A program made the translations under genes and the position numbers. The notes beneath the pieces are model-generated. The model was not told where the DNA came from and searched no databases. It saw only the letters and a list, made by a program, of their open reading frames with translations. Below are positions 11,901 to 26,900 of a stretch of DNA of 64,000 bases, one piece after another (positions within the stretch are counted from its first letter, which is position 1; the number at the start of each line of letters is the position of its first letter). The DNA comes from Chiloscyllium plagiosum. Lineage: Eukaryota. Where the stretch lies: the NCBI RefSeq assembly GCF_004010195.1, contig NC_057718.1, forward strand, positions 62,892,225 to 62,956,224, written 5' to 3'.

Positions 11901-14900
11901 ATTTCAATGGTCATCTAACAGAGATGATTTTTTTTTTAAAAAACATGATTTGCAATATTTATTTCTGCAGCAACCAGCACTGCATATTTTTCCATAAATT
12001 AAACATTTTACATATTAAATAACATTAGGATACTGTAAATGGGGGGAGGAAGAAATCAATTTCAGTTGCACAGCCTTTTTAATTCAGACCACTTCAACAT
12101 AATATATGTTCAAAGAAGAATTAAAATATAATTGAAGTCAGGGATCATGGCCAAAAGGTGTTCTGTTAAAACTAGATTTAAACAATACTTGTACAGTCAT
12201 CAATAAGAAACCAATAAAGTGAAATTAAAGTGATACTTAAATTAGAAGTCGTTAACACGACTATGACTTAGACGATGGCCCTTTTATGCTGTTGATATTC
12301 CAAACAATAATAAACACTGAATTCAGTGTTGCAATTTTCTGACATTGCGTGAAAATTCAACACAAAAATTGCAAATATATGCTACACAGGATAGGTTGAT
12401 AATATGAATAGGAAGGGTTTGGAGGGATATGGGCCGGGTGCTGGCAGGTGGGACTAGATTGGGTTGGGATATCTGGTCGGCATGGACGGGTTGGACCGAA
12501 GGGTCTGTTTCCATGCTGTACATCTCTATGACTCTACGACTGCTGATGACTCAATTATTACTATCCCTGTCAAATGCTGTCATTGTCTATTAAGATAGCA
12601 ATGTTGAATTATTCGCTGCTCAATCAAGAAAATTAAACTATCCGGAGTAAAAACTTAGTATCATTACTGACAATGCACCATGTCAGAACCAATATCTTCC
12701 CTGTTCCGTCAAATGTACACTAACCTGGACTAAAGTTAACACATTTCAATTATGAAATCATGATGTATTCAATACAATGGTTTTGAAGGATGACCAAACA
12801 TCATTCAAAAAGGTATTACCATGCAGATTACTAGAAAAAAATTGAAACACTGTTACAAATAATTCTCTGTTTTGGTCAACAAATGGAAATATGTTAATTT
12901 CACAAATCCAAACAAACTAGATTGTGTAAATAAATGTCCAGAGAAATAAAAAAAGGAAAGTTTTAAGCATGGAGACCAAACAATCCAAACACTGAGTGCA
13001 CAATGCAGCACTGAATTCAATGTGAGGGCTTTAATGAAATGAACGCATGATGTCTAATGATCACATGACCAGAGTAGACAGGAAGGGACATTGATACATG
13101 ATTGCATTTCAATCCAAACATCACCCTTTTTAAATACATGCATTACCATAACATTTTGAATTACCCAAGTTAACATATATATGCATGACTGTTCTCATAA
13201 CTGAACAGATCATTATTCCCATCAGACAATGCATCTGCATTGCTTACAGTCTTTATATCATGCTGATCTTTTAATGACACATATGCATGCTATCACTGAC
13301 TGTTCCGGAGTGTTCTTCCCCCAGGGAATGACATTTCTGCATAATTTGGATAATTTATAGTTGTGGTGGTACATGTTGTCATAGAGTCATATAAGGAGGA
13401 GAACGTGAGGGCTGCAGATGCTGGAGATCAGAGCTGAAAATGTGTTGGTGGAAAAGCGCAGCAGGTCAGGCAGCATCCAAGGAACAGGAGAATCGACGTT
13501 TCGGGCATAAGCCCTTTCCTGAAGAAGGGTTTATGCCCGAAACGTCGATTCTCCTGTTCCTTGGATGCTGCCTGACCTGCTGCGCTTTTCCAGGATAGAG
13601 TCATATAATCCTACAGCATGGAGACAGGCTTTTAGGCCCAAACTGGTCCATGCCGACCAACATGTCTATCCACCCTAACCCCATTTCCCCTGTACATTCA
13701 ATCCTTTTTTATCCAAATATTAGTCACAGGCCTCCAATCTGACAAGCATCCTTCTACTTTACCCTACGTTTCTTACCATCAAGCCAATTTTGTATCTAAT
13801 TTGCCAGCTCGCCCTGAATTCCATGAGATCTAACCTTACCGAGCAGCCTACCATGTGGAACCTTATCAAAGACCTCACTGAAATCCATATAGATTGCGTT
13901 TAACCATCTGCCCTCATCAACCTTCCTGGTCATTTCAAAGAACAAACAAATTTGTGAGGCACAAAGCCATGCTGACTACTCCTAATCAAACCCTGTCATT
14001 CTAAATGCATGTATATTTTATCCCTCAGCATCTTCTCAAGTAACTTACCCACCACAGAGGTTAGGCTTACCAGTCTATTGTTCCCAGGCTTTTCTTTGCA
14101 GCCCTTCTTGAATAATGGCACAAGATTCACTACTCTCCAGTCTTCCGGGACCAACCTGTAGCTAACGATGATGCAAAAATATCAGCCAGGGCCCCCACTA
14201 TTTCTTCTCTACCCTCTTGCAATGTTCTTAGATATATCTGGTCAGGACCAGGAGATCTACCCACTTTCATACAATTCTAATAAATTCAAAACCTCCTCTA
14301 CTGTGATATGGACTGTCCCTAAGATATCACCACTAACTTCCCCAAGTCTTTACATCTTTCTCCATGGTAAACATAGAGGAGAAATATTTACTGAGAACCT
14401 CGCCCATCTCCTGCGATTCTACACATACATGTACACTTTGGTCCATCATGGACACTACTCTCTCTCGCTCGTTATTCTTCATCCTTTAGTATACTTAAAG
14501 AACCTCTTTGGATTCACCATAATCTTCTCAGCCAAGGCTGTCTTGTGCCTCCTTTTCGCCCTCCTGATTTCCATCTTCAGTAAACTCCTGTATTCCCTGG
14601 AGGTCTCCAGGGACTCCATTGATCCCAGTTACCTGTACCAGAGCTGCACCTCCTCCTTTTTTCTGATCAAAGCCTCAATATCTCTTGTCATCCAGGGTTC
14701 CCTATTCCTATCAACTTTGCCCTTCACCCTCACAGGAACATACAAACCTTGAACTCTTGCTATCTCACTTTTAAAGACCTTCCACTTGCCAGAGGTCCCT
14801 TTGCCTGCAAACAAACTACTCCAATCAACCCGTGCAAGCTCCTGTCTAATCCCATCAAAATTCGCCTTGGCCCAAATTAGAACTTGAACTTGTGGGCCGG

Positions 14901-17900
14901 TTTGTCCCTCTCCATAACTACTTTAAAATGAATAGAACTATGGTCACTGGTCCCAAAGTGCTTCCCCACTGTCACCTCCATCACTTGTCCCTTACCGAGT
15001 AGGAACCTCTATATACTGCTTTAGGAAACTTTTCTCAATGCACTTAAATTCCACCCCATCTAAGCCCTTAACACTCTGACAGTCCCAGCCTATGTTAGTA
15101 AAATTAAAATCCCCTACTATGACAACCCTACTGCTCCTGCAAGTCTCCCCAATTTCGCTGCATATTTGTTCTTCTAATCCCTGTTGACTACTTGGAGGCC
15201 TATAGTACAACCCCAATAACGTCGCCACCCCCTTCTTATTTCTTAGCTCCACCCACAAAGCCTCACCCTCAGTTATTTCATCTCTGACTACTGCTATGAT
15301 AAATCAAAAATGCAACTCCCTCTCCTCTCCTTTCACCACCTCTGTCCCACCTAAAGCACCTGTACCCTGGCACATGAAGCTGCCAGTCCTGTCCCTCCCT
15401 AAGCCATATGTCCATAATATCCCAGTCCCACACACCTATCTGTGCCCTGAATTCATTGGCCTTACCTATCAGCCCTCTTGCACTGAAATAAATGCAATTT
15501 AGTCCAACAGGCATTCCTTGCTCCCTGTTGTATTTCAGCCTGACCTGGATCTTCAACTTACTGTTTCGGATCACTGTATCTCCTTTGAGCCTGACATTTG
15601 CTTCCCTGCTGTTGAGGATCCCACCCCTATCAATCTAGTTTAAACCTTCCCTTGCAGCACTAGCAAATCTAGCCACCAAGATATTAGTCCCCTTCCAGTT
15701 CACATGCAACTTTTTCCTCTTGAACAGGTCATCTCTGCCCCAGGAAAGATCCCAATGATCTAAAAATCTGAATCCCTGCCCCCTGCACCAATTTTTTTAG
15801 ACACACATTCATCTGCCATATCCTCCTGTTCTTACCCTCACTAGCACAGTGCATTGGAAGTAATCTGGAGTTTATCAACAAGATCCTGTTTTTTTTTTTT
15901 TAAAACTTTTTTCCTAGCTCTCTTATAATCACTCTGCAGGACCTCATTGCTATTCCTACCTTTGTCATTTGTGCCAATGTGCACAATGAATTCTGGCTAC
16001 TCACTCTCTCCCTTGAACATTCTACAGCGGCTCGGAGACATCCTGGACTCTGGCACCTGGGAGGCAACACACCATCCTGGATTCCCGTTTCTGGTCACAG
16101 AGTTTCTGTCCCCCTACCTAGCAAGTCTTCTATCACTAAGGTCCTGTCTACCTTTATCCTTTTCCATCATGCCCCAGAGCCAGTCATGGTGCCACCAACC
16201 TGGCTGCTGCTACTTTCCCCTGAATGGTATCCAAAACGGTATGCTTGTTTTCAAAAGGAGTGGCCACAGGGGATTCCAGCACTCTCCTTCCACACCCTTT
16301 GCCTTTCCTGGTGGTCACCCAGCTACTCTTTCCTTCCACCCTACGCGTGACCACCTCATTAAAACTCTTAAGCACTCAGCATCTCACATAATCCAGAGTC
16401 CGTCCAGCTCCCTAACAGTGTCTCCCAGAAGCTGCAACTGGGTGCATTTCCCACAGGTATAAGTCACTGGGCACAATGGAAGTCTCCTTGAGTTTCTATG
16501 TCCTGTAGGAGGAACATGCGACTGCCTGAACTGCCATAAAACTAAAAAGTTAAAAGGACTTTACCTAAGCTTACCTGTACTGTTACTCTCTGAAGCCTCT
16601 CGAGCCAAAGCCTTATTTCCTTCTGTTACCAATAAGTATTGCAATAACATGTCTCTCTATTCCTCCACCTTTTTTTGGTTAGAGAAGGGAAGGAGGGAAA
16701 CATTACAGTCATGTGATGTTTGGGCCTTAAGCATCCCTTGACACTATGACTTGCACTTCAGTGCAAGTAACTGCTTGTCCGCGGAGGGTGTCTTGTCGTT
16801 CATTTCTGAAATTGGATTGCTGTGGACCTCTGGGCCTGATATTTGATGTGAGATATATGAAGTTGGCACATCAAACCCCTTCCTGCCTGCAGTCAAGGTA
16901 AAGTTTCTCTAGTTGGGCAAGTTTGGTTGCAAAGGTTTATCTGGTTGTCCACCTCCCATCGCACACAATCAAGGTGACAACTACTCTACACAGATCTAAA
17001 GTTGCCATTTGGGCTGACTTTGGTTGAGCGCACTTACTCTGACTTACCGCCAATGTTCAATGCTGACAACAGCTTCAGAGTTCTGTCAAAATGAAATCTG
17101 TCTTTACACGGATTTAGTCATTCACACCTTTTACTACTTCTGGCTGCATCTACTTCTTTCTTATTCAGAATGGCATTTATGTATGGAGTCACACCTTTTT
17201 ACTGAACTACTTTCCACGCCTTCAGCAGCTGTATTTCTCCATTTGAGGATTGTCATGCATATATTTGTGTGGGATTTGCTCAATTTCTTTATGATTCCCT
17301 TGGCGATTTTCACCACCACCTCAGCCTTTCTATTTGACTGGCACATGTGGTATTGAACATGTCAATCGCTGAAAACTACTGTCACTCATGATAATGTTGG
17401 GAATATCATCTGCTAAAGTGTGCATTTACAAAGTTGATATTCCTAGTGGTCAACTGGTCCACCATGAAGTAGACAGAAAAGCAATTTACTGTGACAGATT
17501 ACAAGTTCCTGAGAGTGTATAGATGTCAACCCCCATGCATGGTCTGTTTGGAATGTCATGTATTCAGCTTACTTACTTTGGTACTCAGTGGAAGAACTAC
17601 ACTGCCTGATTTTGTTGTTCACATTTGACCAGAACATCATATCTCACCTTCATCAGACTCTATATGTTGGTGGAGAAAGTGAGGTCTGCAGATGCTGGAG
17701 ATCAGAGCTGAAAATGTGTTGCTGGAAAAGCGCAGCAGGTCAGGCAGCATCCAGGGAACAGGAGAATCGACGTTTCGGGCGTAAGCTCTTCTTCAGGAAT
17801 GAGGCCTCATTCCTGAAGAAGGGCTTATGCCCGAAACGTCGATTCTCCTGTTCCCTGGATGCTGCCTGACCTGCTGCGCTTTTCCAGCAACACATTTCCA

Positions 17901-20900
17901 GCTCTATATGTTGGTGACATGATTGAGTTTTAACATTTTTCCTCTTAACTCCTTGTACAATATACCAATTTGGGCTGTCAATTCAACTTAGTATGTCAAT
18001 ATACTATTGTAAGTCATAGGTGTGTCCTGATGCTTTTGGGCTATTTTCTTATCACAATTTCCAACTGTTCTAAGTAGTTTGGAATTTGTTAGGTAGTTCA
18101 GATGATTGAACAAGATGTTTACTTGTTACATTCAATTGTCTGCTGTGTTGATAATTCCAGATCACGATGAACAACTGCTTCACACTGAATCTAGAAGATT
18201 TCACATTCCTTTGTAATATTATTGGAGTGCTGCGCTGGACAGCAAGCCTGAAATATACATCCGCTTTCCTTGCTTGGCTGTCACATCCACGTGGTATCTT
18301 TATAATGGATGTAAAATCCGTTGAAGTGGGTACTAATGTATTAAGGGAAATGTTTTGAAGTAACTAGAGGTCAGACTTGACTGTCGCTTTGTATCTTCCA
18401 TGTAGAGTAGAGACCATCATTATTTTTATTTTGTTTTTATCATTTTTGGTTTGGAACAGAGAGGTGAAGTTAAGAATTGAACTTTTAAAACAGCTAGTGT
18501 TTGAGGAGAACAAGGACAGATGGGAAATGGCTTGGAAAATAATGCAACGTAATTATTGATCGAAGGACACCATAGATCAATCAGCATCAAGTTGTTGCTA
18601 AACTCGGGGTTGGCAGCTGATTGGACGTTGAATTTGTCAATCAAGTGAGAACTGGAGCTAACCAGCCAACTAGAGAATATTGATTAAAAAACAAGAAAAG
18701 AACAGGTCCTCACTGAGGCAAGAGGTAAGAGGCAGTGTGTTTTTGAGGCTTCCTGAGATTGTGCTGCTTTGTTTTGCTCACTCTCTAATTTCTCTCCTGT
18801 TACTAAATTATTGAATATTCAGAGTAAAGAATCTGTAAGAAATAAATATTTCTAGAAATCTTCTGAAACTGTATGCATTAATCAGTGACTTTGGAATTCA
18901 AGACACACAGTTCTACTTGCCTGTTAACAACCCATTGTCCAAGAATATCACTAAGACCTGGTCAACATTTGAAACTGTTTAATGAACTGGCTAATTATAA
19001 CTCTTATTTTTAATTTATTCCTTAGCCGTGCGAGAATGGGAGTTATGATCAAAAGGAGATGGGACTTTAGATCATAGATATTAATTAAATTACCTCATTA
19101 TTTATCTGTACTTTGAAAGTGAATTATTAATAACAAATTGTTAATTATTGTTTAAGTTTGAATTTGGTGTCCAAGATCTGTTATTCATAAAATATAGTTA
19201 AGAACAACTGGGCAATTTAGGGGATCATTGAATGTTTTCATTTCAGTGTGTTGTGAATTCAGCGATAGAGAAACTGATTTGGTTTGGCTTACTATCCATG
19301 TTTAATTAGTAGCTGTTGATAAACATGCCCATAGGCAAAGCCAATGGTCTGATATTCCTTCTCAACCTGAGCATGAAATCACTCCACTTGTGTCAACACC
19401 TGACTACAAAAATAACTGGTTGTCCTTGCTGCATTTGAGCTGCTCCAAAGTTCAGTTTTGCTGGCAGCACATTGCTGGGTGACTATATCACAGTATTTCA
19501 GTACTGGTATTGTCGTCACTAGTTGCTCGATTTTAGTAAATGCTATTTATTGTTCTGTGCCCCAATACAATGGCATATTCCTGGCAGTAAGCTGCATAAA
19601 ATTGGACAAGAATTTTATTAAACAGTTGATAAAACCAACAAGATTATTGTACTGTTGTTATATCTGTTGGTCACTGTATTGCTGCTACAGCTCTCACCTT
19701 TTTAGAATCCAGACAAAGACTATTTACTGTCAATGCAAAGACTATGCAGAGGGGCAATTTTAGCTTTTTTTCTTGTTCAGCTTCATCTGGCAAGTTTCAT
19801 TGAGCAGTTGCGCTAGATTCTGCGGTGACTACCTCTATGTATCTCCATATCCATAAACTAGCAGACCACCCACTTTAGCTTCCAAGCGAGGAAAATCTCT
19901 TAACCACCTCATGTTATCGGTGTTGACATTTTTCTGAGAAAGAAAAATGTCAAACAACCTGTGGAACCAATTTTATCTCATGAAGGGTGTCCAGAACGTG
20001 GTTAAAAGACTTCTGCTTTCATCCAGCTTCGTTTCACAGAATCTCTCTTGTAGTACACTGAGGTAACCTTCTTCACCTGTCCACTACACCTCCAATTTTG
20101 GTGTCAGCTGCAAATATACTAACCATACCTCCTCTGTTCGCAGCCAAATCATTTACATAAATGATGAAAAGCAATGGGGCCTGCACCGATCCATGTGCCA
20201 CGGTTGGTCACAGGCCTCCAGTCTGAAAAGCAACCCTCTACCATTACCCTCTGTCTTCTACCTTCAAGCCAATTCTGTATTCAAGTGGCTAGTTCATTCA
20301 GTATTCCATGTGATCTAACCTTGCTAACTAGTCTACCATGAGGAAAGTTGTTGAACGCCTTATTGAAGTGCATACAGATCATGTCCACCGCTCTGCCCTC
20401 ATCAATTCTTTGTTACTTTCTCAAAAAACTCATTAAGTTAGTGAGACACGATATCCTACTCATGAAATTTTATAAAGGATTAAATATAACCAAAGACTGA
20501 ATTAATATGAAAAAATAAAGAACAAGACATTGTAATGTAGGAATCTCAAAACATAAGACCAAGAAAAATGAATATTTCCATGCAATTCATCTACATATCA
20601 AAATGCATTCAAAAACTAAGGCTGTATTATGTAATAAGAGGAAATCATAAATGCTTCTTTCTCATTCGGTCCATGATAATCAATCTAGTCATATTAATTT
20701 AAAAAGTGATGATGCAAAACACTAATTTAATTTTAAGTTGGATCTTAAGTGCTTGCTTTAAGTTGTCCAGATTAAGACCATAAAATACCAAAGTTTGTAA
20801 TTTCTCTCAAACATGTTTCAAATAACAAGTGTAAAATGTCACTCACAATATTAGTTTATAGGTACCCTCACAGTAATGGGGAGAAAGTGAGGACTGCAGA

Positions 20901-23900
20901 TGCTGAAGATCAGAGTCCAGAGTGTGGTGCTGGAAAAGAACAGCAGGTCAGGCAGCATCCAAGGAGCATGCAAAAATCGACATTTTGGGTATAAGCCCTT
21001 CATCAGGAATGAGCCTCAGGATGCTGCTTGACCTGCTGTGCTTTTCCACCACCACGCTCTCGATCCACACAGTAATTTCATTGTACCTTGTGGTATACAG
21101 AAACAGTAATGCTGACTTATGAGAAATGTACAGTGATAATCGTAGGATAATTTTAATCTACACACAGAGTAGATGAGTCAGGTGAACAAATGTAGCTTGG
21201 AAGATGAGTTCAGAATGTTTTCAGGACAGTTTTCTAGATCATACATTCTAGGGATCAGACAGTAGGATGCTCTGGACGTGGAAACGTATAATAAGAACAG
21301 ATGACCTCATAACAGCAGTACCCCTGGGTAGCAGTGATCGTAACATTGTCAGCTTGAATGAGAAAGGATCAAGTGGCAAAGAAGGCAGATGACAGGTTTG
21401 CCTTCACGGGTTGGGGCACCAAGTATCAAAGTTAATAAGTCATTTTGCAACTGAATAAAACTTCAGTTAGGTCACATTCGGAGTACTGTGTGCATTTTTG
21501 GCCATTGAATTGCTTCAAAGCCAAGCAGATCAAATTCTTGACAAAGGAGTCAAACATGATGGACTAGAAAGTAAGGTTGAGAAAACAAACAGATCAGCTA
21601 TACATGTTGTTTAATAGCAGAACTGGCCCAAGGTACTGATTGGCCTAATGCTGATTCTGATATATACATACGTAGTAAGGTTTGAGATTTTGCTATATAC
21701 AAATAAGTCCAAAATTATAATTTATTTGGCCAAATTTCATCAATGGGCAAGATTCAGTTTGCACTTGCATTTCCAGCATAATCTGATCTTAGCTCCCATT
21801 TTCCATCGTGTGAAATAACTTATTTTACAATTAAGAATAAATTCTGTAATTCACATTGTCATTTTTACTACAGGACATAAATTCACTTGGAATCCAAATT
21901 TACTGTAATATTATAAAAATTGAGATGAAGAGAGAAACAATGCAGCCAAGAATAATTCCATTGTATAAAATTATAATTACCTTATCAGGCAACCCAGCTG
22001 GTTGACAAACAATTCGTAACGGTAAAGACTGTTTATCACTAAGGGCTTTTAGGTGGCTGCTGATACCTGTACCCTCAATCTGCCATTGCCGCAAATGGTA
22101 TGCAAATCTATGGATAAAATGCAAGCCAAAACTGCTATCAACAAGTGTCACATATTTTTCCTTTAACAAAGAGAAAATGTTTAAAATATTGGATTAGGAT
22201 TTTCCTTTAGTGTTTGCTCATAACATAAAAAACAAACATGAAGTGCTACTTTTAATTGCGAAGTTGAAATGGATCAGTCTGCATTTCAATTAAGGAATAT
22301 TTTAAAATGACTGCGAACCAATTAATTAAATAAAGCATTCAATTCCAATGAGGTTGGTCATTCCAAAATTTCAGTAAATTACAGCTTTCTAAAATGGACA
22401 TTTTCAAGCTATGTGACCAATCTAAACATGCAATTATAGCCTGCAGTTACAGCACATATACACCACAGGAGAACGTTAAATCAGAGGCAATTAGTACGGC
22501 ATGCTGGGCTGTTATATTTAGGGATATGCTTTAAGCTACGCTGGTTAAAAGAAAACAGCCAAGATTTTCAGTATGATTTATGTCCAGTTGCAGTCCAGTG
22601 AATTGTGCAGGGTAACCGAAGGCAAGAGTTGTTCAACTATGAAAACCTCACTCTCGCAAAAAAAAGGTCATACAACTTATGAAACACATTAAGGGACTAA
22701 ATAATTCTGTGTCCCACCATGCTGTGATGCAATGTATAAAATATCATATTCCAAGCATACAATACCATGCATGACGCAAAAGCAAAATAATTTTACAAAT
22801 TAAGATTTGCATGTGTTAAATGGCTATTTTTCCTCCATTTGGAAACATCTAGACTAACCAAAATTATTTAGGTGGTGATAATGCAGAATAAAGAAAAGCA
22901 AACCAGTATCATATTGCAAAAACTAATCTGAATCTTAGATTAGATTAGATTCCCTACAGTGTGGAAACAGGCTCTTCGGCCCAACAAGTCCACACCGACC
23001 CTCCGAAGAGTAACCCACCCAGACCCCTTTCCCTCTGATTAATGCACCTAACACTATGGGCAATTTAGCATGGCCAATTCACCTGACCTGCACATCTTTG
23101 GACTGTGGGAGGAAACCAGAGCACCCGGAAGAAACAGACACAGGGAGAATGTGCAAACTCCACAGAGTCACCCGAGGCTGGAATTGAACCTGGGACCCTG
23201 GTGCTGTGAGGCAGCAGTGCTAACTACTGAGCCACCATGCCGCCCCAAATAGATATGGTAGAAAGTGCAAGTGCTAGGCTTGTTTGGTTAAATCGCAACC
23301 ATAGGACATTTATAAATACTTATACTTAAATTAATGAGGTTAAGAGATATGCATGGCCTTTAAGTAACAAATTTTGTTTTACCTTCTTCTAAATGCTTCC
23401 AAGTGAGTTTTCAGCATCAAGAGTCCCCTTTCAATTATAGTAAGGCTGGATTGAGGTTCTTTGTCAAGATTTTCTGATGCCATCATCAGGCTCTCCATAC
23501 ATTTACTGATAAATTCTTGCTCCTTCTCCAAGCCAGTTTTACCTGTAACATTAGTGTTTTAAAATAAAAGAGAGGATGAATACATAATTCAGTTACCATT
23601 GTAAATCCATACATTCAAATCATTTTTATCCAATTTTTTTTAGATGATAGCAACACTTCTGGCACCCTCGGAAAACAAGTAGTAAAGTTAATTTGGACTT
23701 TGAAGTTTCTCCGGTCTGAAGACTGAGGACCTGGTGGATGCAAAACTGAAGTGCTAAAACACCAGAAGAGGAAATTTAAGTTTAGTGTAACAAGCTTGCA
23801 TAAGCAGTTTCCATTACTAAAGTGAGTACTGGTGTCTATTCCTGAAAACTTTACTTCCGACTGGTATTTATTTGTCATACATCCTGCAGAAATTGCAATC

Positions 23901-26900
23901 AAGAAATTTCTGATAAATTACCTGTGTGAATCCTGTAATGTTTCACAGAATAAGTGGAAGAATATGATCCCTTTCTTATCTGACTGCATCTCGGTGAAAT
24001 CTTAAAGCATTCAAAACTCAACCACTTGGAGAGTTAAAAATCTGACTAAGGTTTTCATTCTTGGCATTTTTCAGAATGTCCCTTAAATCTTTTTCTACAC
24101 TCATATTACTACTTTCTCTCTCTCTTTCTTTTTATCCTTTCATTTAATTGGTGACAGATGATCTGGTATAGCGTGATAAGGAAAGAAAGTAGCAATACCT
24201 GGGCAGTTTTTATGTTAGAGTTTCCAGGAAATGTGGCTGTTAGATATATATTTATCACCCACCCATTCACTCTTATTCTCAAATGTACTCAATTTTCCAA
24301 TAGCACATACACTTCCACAGCTGTCCTTAACTTTTCTCCTCTGAAGTTTTTCCTCTGTCACATGTCTCTCCTTAGCTCTGAATTCAAACTCCCAATATTT
24401 GCTCTCTTTGGGCAAATGGGAAGGACCTTGAACATTCTTCCCTCACCTACCCCCACTAACAAGCCCTAAAATCAAACTTATTTTATCAATTGCCCTCATA
24501 AGATATTCACTTCTAAAATATGATTTTTTTTCCCAAAAAAATGAAAAAACTAAAGTGAAACAAGGACACCAGTTGCTTTGTTTGTCTTTCCCGTCTTCGA
24601 TGCCCCGGTGTGACAAATCACAAATCAATACTGCTGAAAAAATATGCTGGCAGAGTTTTAATTTTGCTTTGTCAAGACAAATAAAAGAATAACAGATTTC
24701 AAAAAGGCACAACCCTGCATGAGGAAAGGAGTACCAATTAGTTGACAAGAGCACTTGATTGATCAAGCACTGCCATAGATGATGAACAAGGTAACAGTCC
24801 TCAAGTTGTTAATTAAATTCAAAAAGACGTGCTAATTTTGATTCGTCAAAGTGGGAACACACCAGGAAACACTTGTCACCCAAGCTTCTGTTTAACTGAA
24901 AAATGTGCATTACATGGACAAGTGCTTTCTACTTGAAGAGATCAAGGACCTGTGTGAGATCTGATGGAATCTATTACTTTAACAGCCATTAGTACTGCGT
25001 AAACCAGTAATCTATGAAAATTGTAACATTTAAGGAACTGAAGCTCTGACTGTTCCAAAATTAGTTACATTCAATGCTGCCTAGCAAGAAGCACAGAGCT
25101 TGTTGCAAAATCTTTAATAGATCACTCAGAATAGTTCATGGGTTATAATCACTGAGAAATAATGTGTGTGCCATATGCTTCAAATCTTCTGCAGGTTTGC
25201 AATGAGTACTTGTTCAAACAATTGTTTTCATAAGCCTGTAATGGTCATCAGGTTACTTATTTTTCAGAACTGAAGTCACACGTTCAAATATTTTTGTAAA
25301 GCAATTTCTCATTAAAGTCCGAATTTTTAAAATTACTTTTTTAAAGTGAGCTTTTTTAAAAAATCACGGAATACTTTCTTCAAAGCTACAGACTCATGTG
25401 CTTTTGTTTTCTTAGAAAGAAACTGGAATCTCTCACTTTGTCACTTTTGGGGAAAGAAATGTACTGGCACTCAAGGCCGCAACATATTTGGCAGTCTTGA
25501 TCAGGATAATAACAATGAACACACAGACCTTCAAATAAGCACAAGTGAACCACATTATAAGCCCAATTAACAAACCTGAACTGGTTGGTAGTACAAATCT
25601 TAGTACATGTAGGTGTGTTCACTAAGTGCTGTTCAATTAGAGAATCACGTCTAAAATGAGAGACTTCTGAATTTGCAAGAACAGTTAACACTCTACTTGT
25701 TGCGATCAGTCAAAGGATATGCTGTTGATGTAATCCATAGGTCTCTTGGGGTGTACAGCCTATATACCTGGCATCACAGAAACTTATACCCCTTTTTACT
25801 CATTTGTGTAATAGACAGAATCTGTTTTAGTTTGATGGTAGTGTCTGGTTATTGGAGAATACCACTCATGCCGCAATGTGAAATGGCTAGCTTCACCTAT
25901 TACTCAAATTTTTGATTCACTTTCCCCCTCTTGGGCAATATGAGGTAGACCTTGTATTTCCCAAGACCAGAAATGAAGGCCTTAGGCCCATTTACAAGTT
26001 TCTGCAATAGACAGCAAGCAATAATTGAATTGGGCTAGCCATTATCCCATGGATTAGTTCTGCTGTACCCTGTTTCAGCATCAAGCTTGCAGGCTGAGAA
26101 AATGATGAGATCTCTACTTATAAGGAGTTGATAGACCAATTTTATGAATGCATGGCACTGTGATAATGCATGCGCGTATATATGGACCAGGGAAGAAAAG
26201 CTTTGAGTAGACGGTTGAAGATAACCCAATTCTGAACTGGCACATCAAGGAAAGGCAGCTAGTTTTACTATTCCATGGATGGAGAACATTAAGATGTATT
26301 AGGAAATTATTTAATGCTGCTGCAGATTCAATAAAGCAAATGTCTACGAATGAATTATACAATTGCTGAGAGATTATCGGGCCATTTCATCAAACACACA
26401 TTGATTGTAGAAACTAAACAAAAATGTTAAGAGAACTGGGCCTGGGAGATCCCATGATAAAACAATATATTAGGGAATAGATGGTTTTGACATCGAAGAT
26501 GAACTCAACTGCACAAGTTACTAAGTTCATAAATTCAACAGATACCAATTCAGCCAATGGCAGTGCACCTCAATTGCCACGATATAGTGAGGTGACAAAA
26601 ATGTCTACAATTTCCTTGAGTAAAACATCAACAAATAGGTTAGTAATGTCAAATTAACATGTGTTCTTTCTGCCAGACTATTGGACAATGGATGGTATCG
26701 AACTGTCCTTATATGCTGAATGCCATTCAACTTTAGGAAATACTCTAATTACATCCATAATCATGTATGCATAGTTATATACATATATACTTTTCATAGT
26801 CTTTGCTAAAAATTGATGGAATTGTTCAGTGCTTATGTAGAAAATGTACTCAAGACAAGTTCTAGCTACTCATTCAGCAAAGCGACCAATTTATGTTGCA

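Larger units (their letters stand above)
13376..16560 (-). mobile_element. Internally deleted, near full-span CR1 LINE (3' UTR, RT, APE, esterase, ORF1 N-terminal Cys motif)
   Basis: ORFs 14629-14814, 14992-15258 and 15278-15574 are CR1 ORF2-like; esterase remnant 15640-16100; CGKCTQLQLL near 16420-16455; the tail is interrupted by a PLE fold-back. Confidence 0.88.
17673..17901. mobile_element. Fold-back PLE-derived element (family A), near-perfect ~200-bp palindrome, 15-bp TSD
   Basis: TSD ctctatatgttggtg at 17658-17672 and 17902-17916; zero-spacer centre gaatgagg|cctcattc at 17804/17805. Confidence 0.92.
16780..20065 (-). mobile_element. Degenerate Gypsy/Ty3 LTR-retrotransposon pol relic (RT, RNase H, integrase), interrupted by younger inserts
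   Basis: QSNRKAEVVVKIAKGIIKK...ILKWRNT (integrase end, ORF 17161-17346); KLDESRSLLTTFWTPF (RT) at ~19980-20030 on the minus strand. Confidence 0.8.

Noticed and set aside
14168..14752. 194-aa hydrophobic plus-strand ORF (similarly 3047-3640 minus)
   Set aside because: Antisense reading of CR1 ORF2; no independent gene signals.
22935..23246. tRNA gene (also 60480-60558, 9370-9450, 59895-59970)
   Set aside because: A/B-box heads of SINEs; no complete cloverleaf seen.
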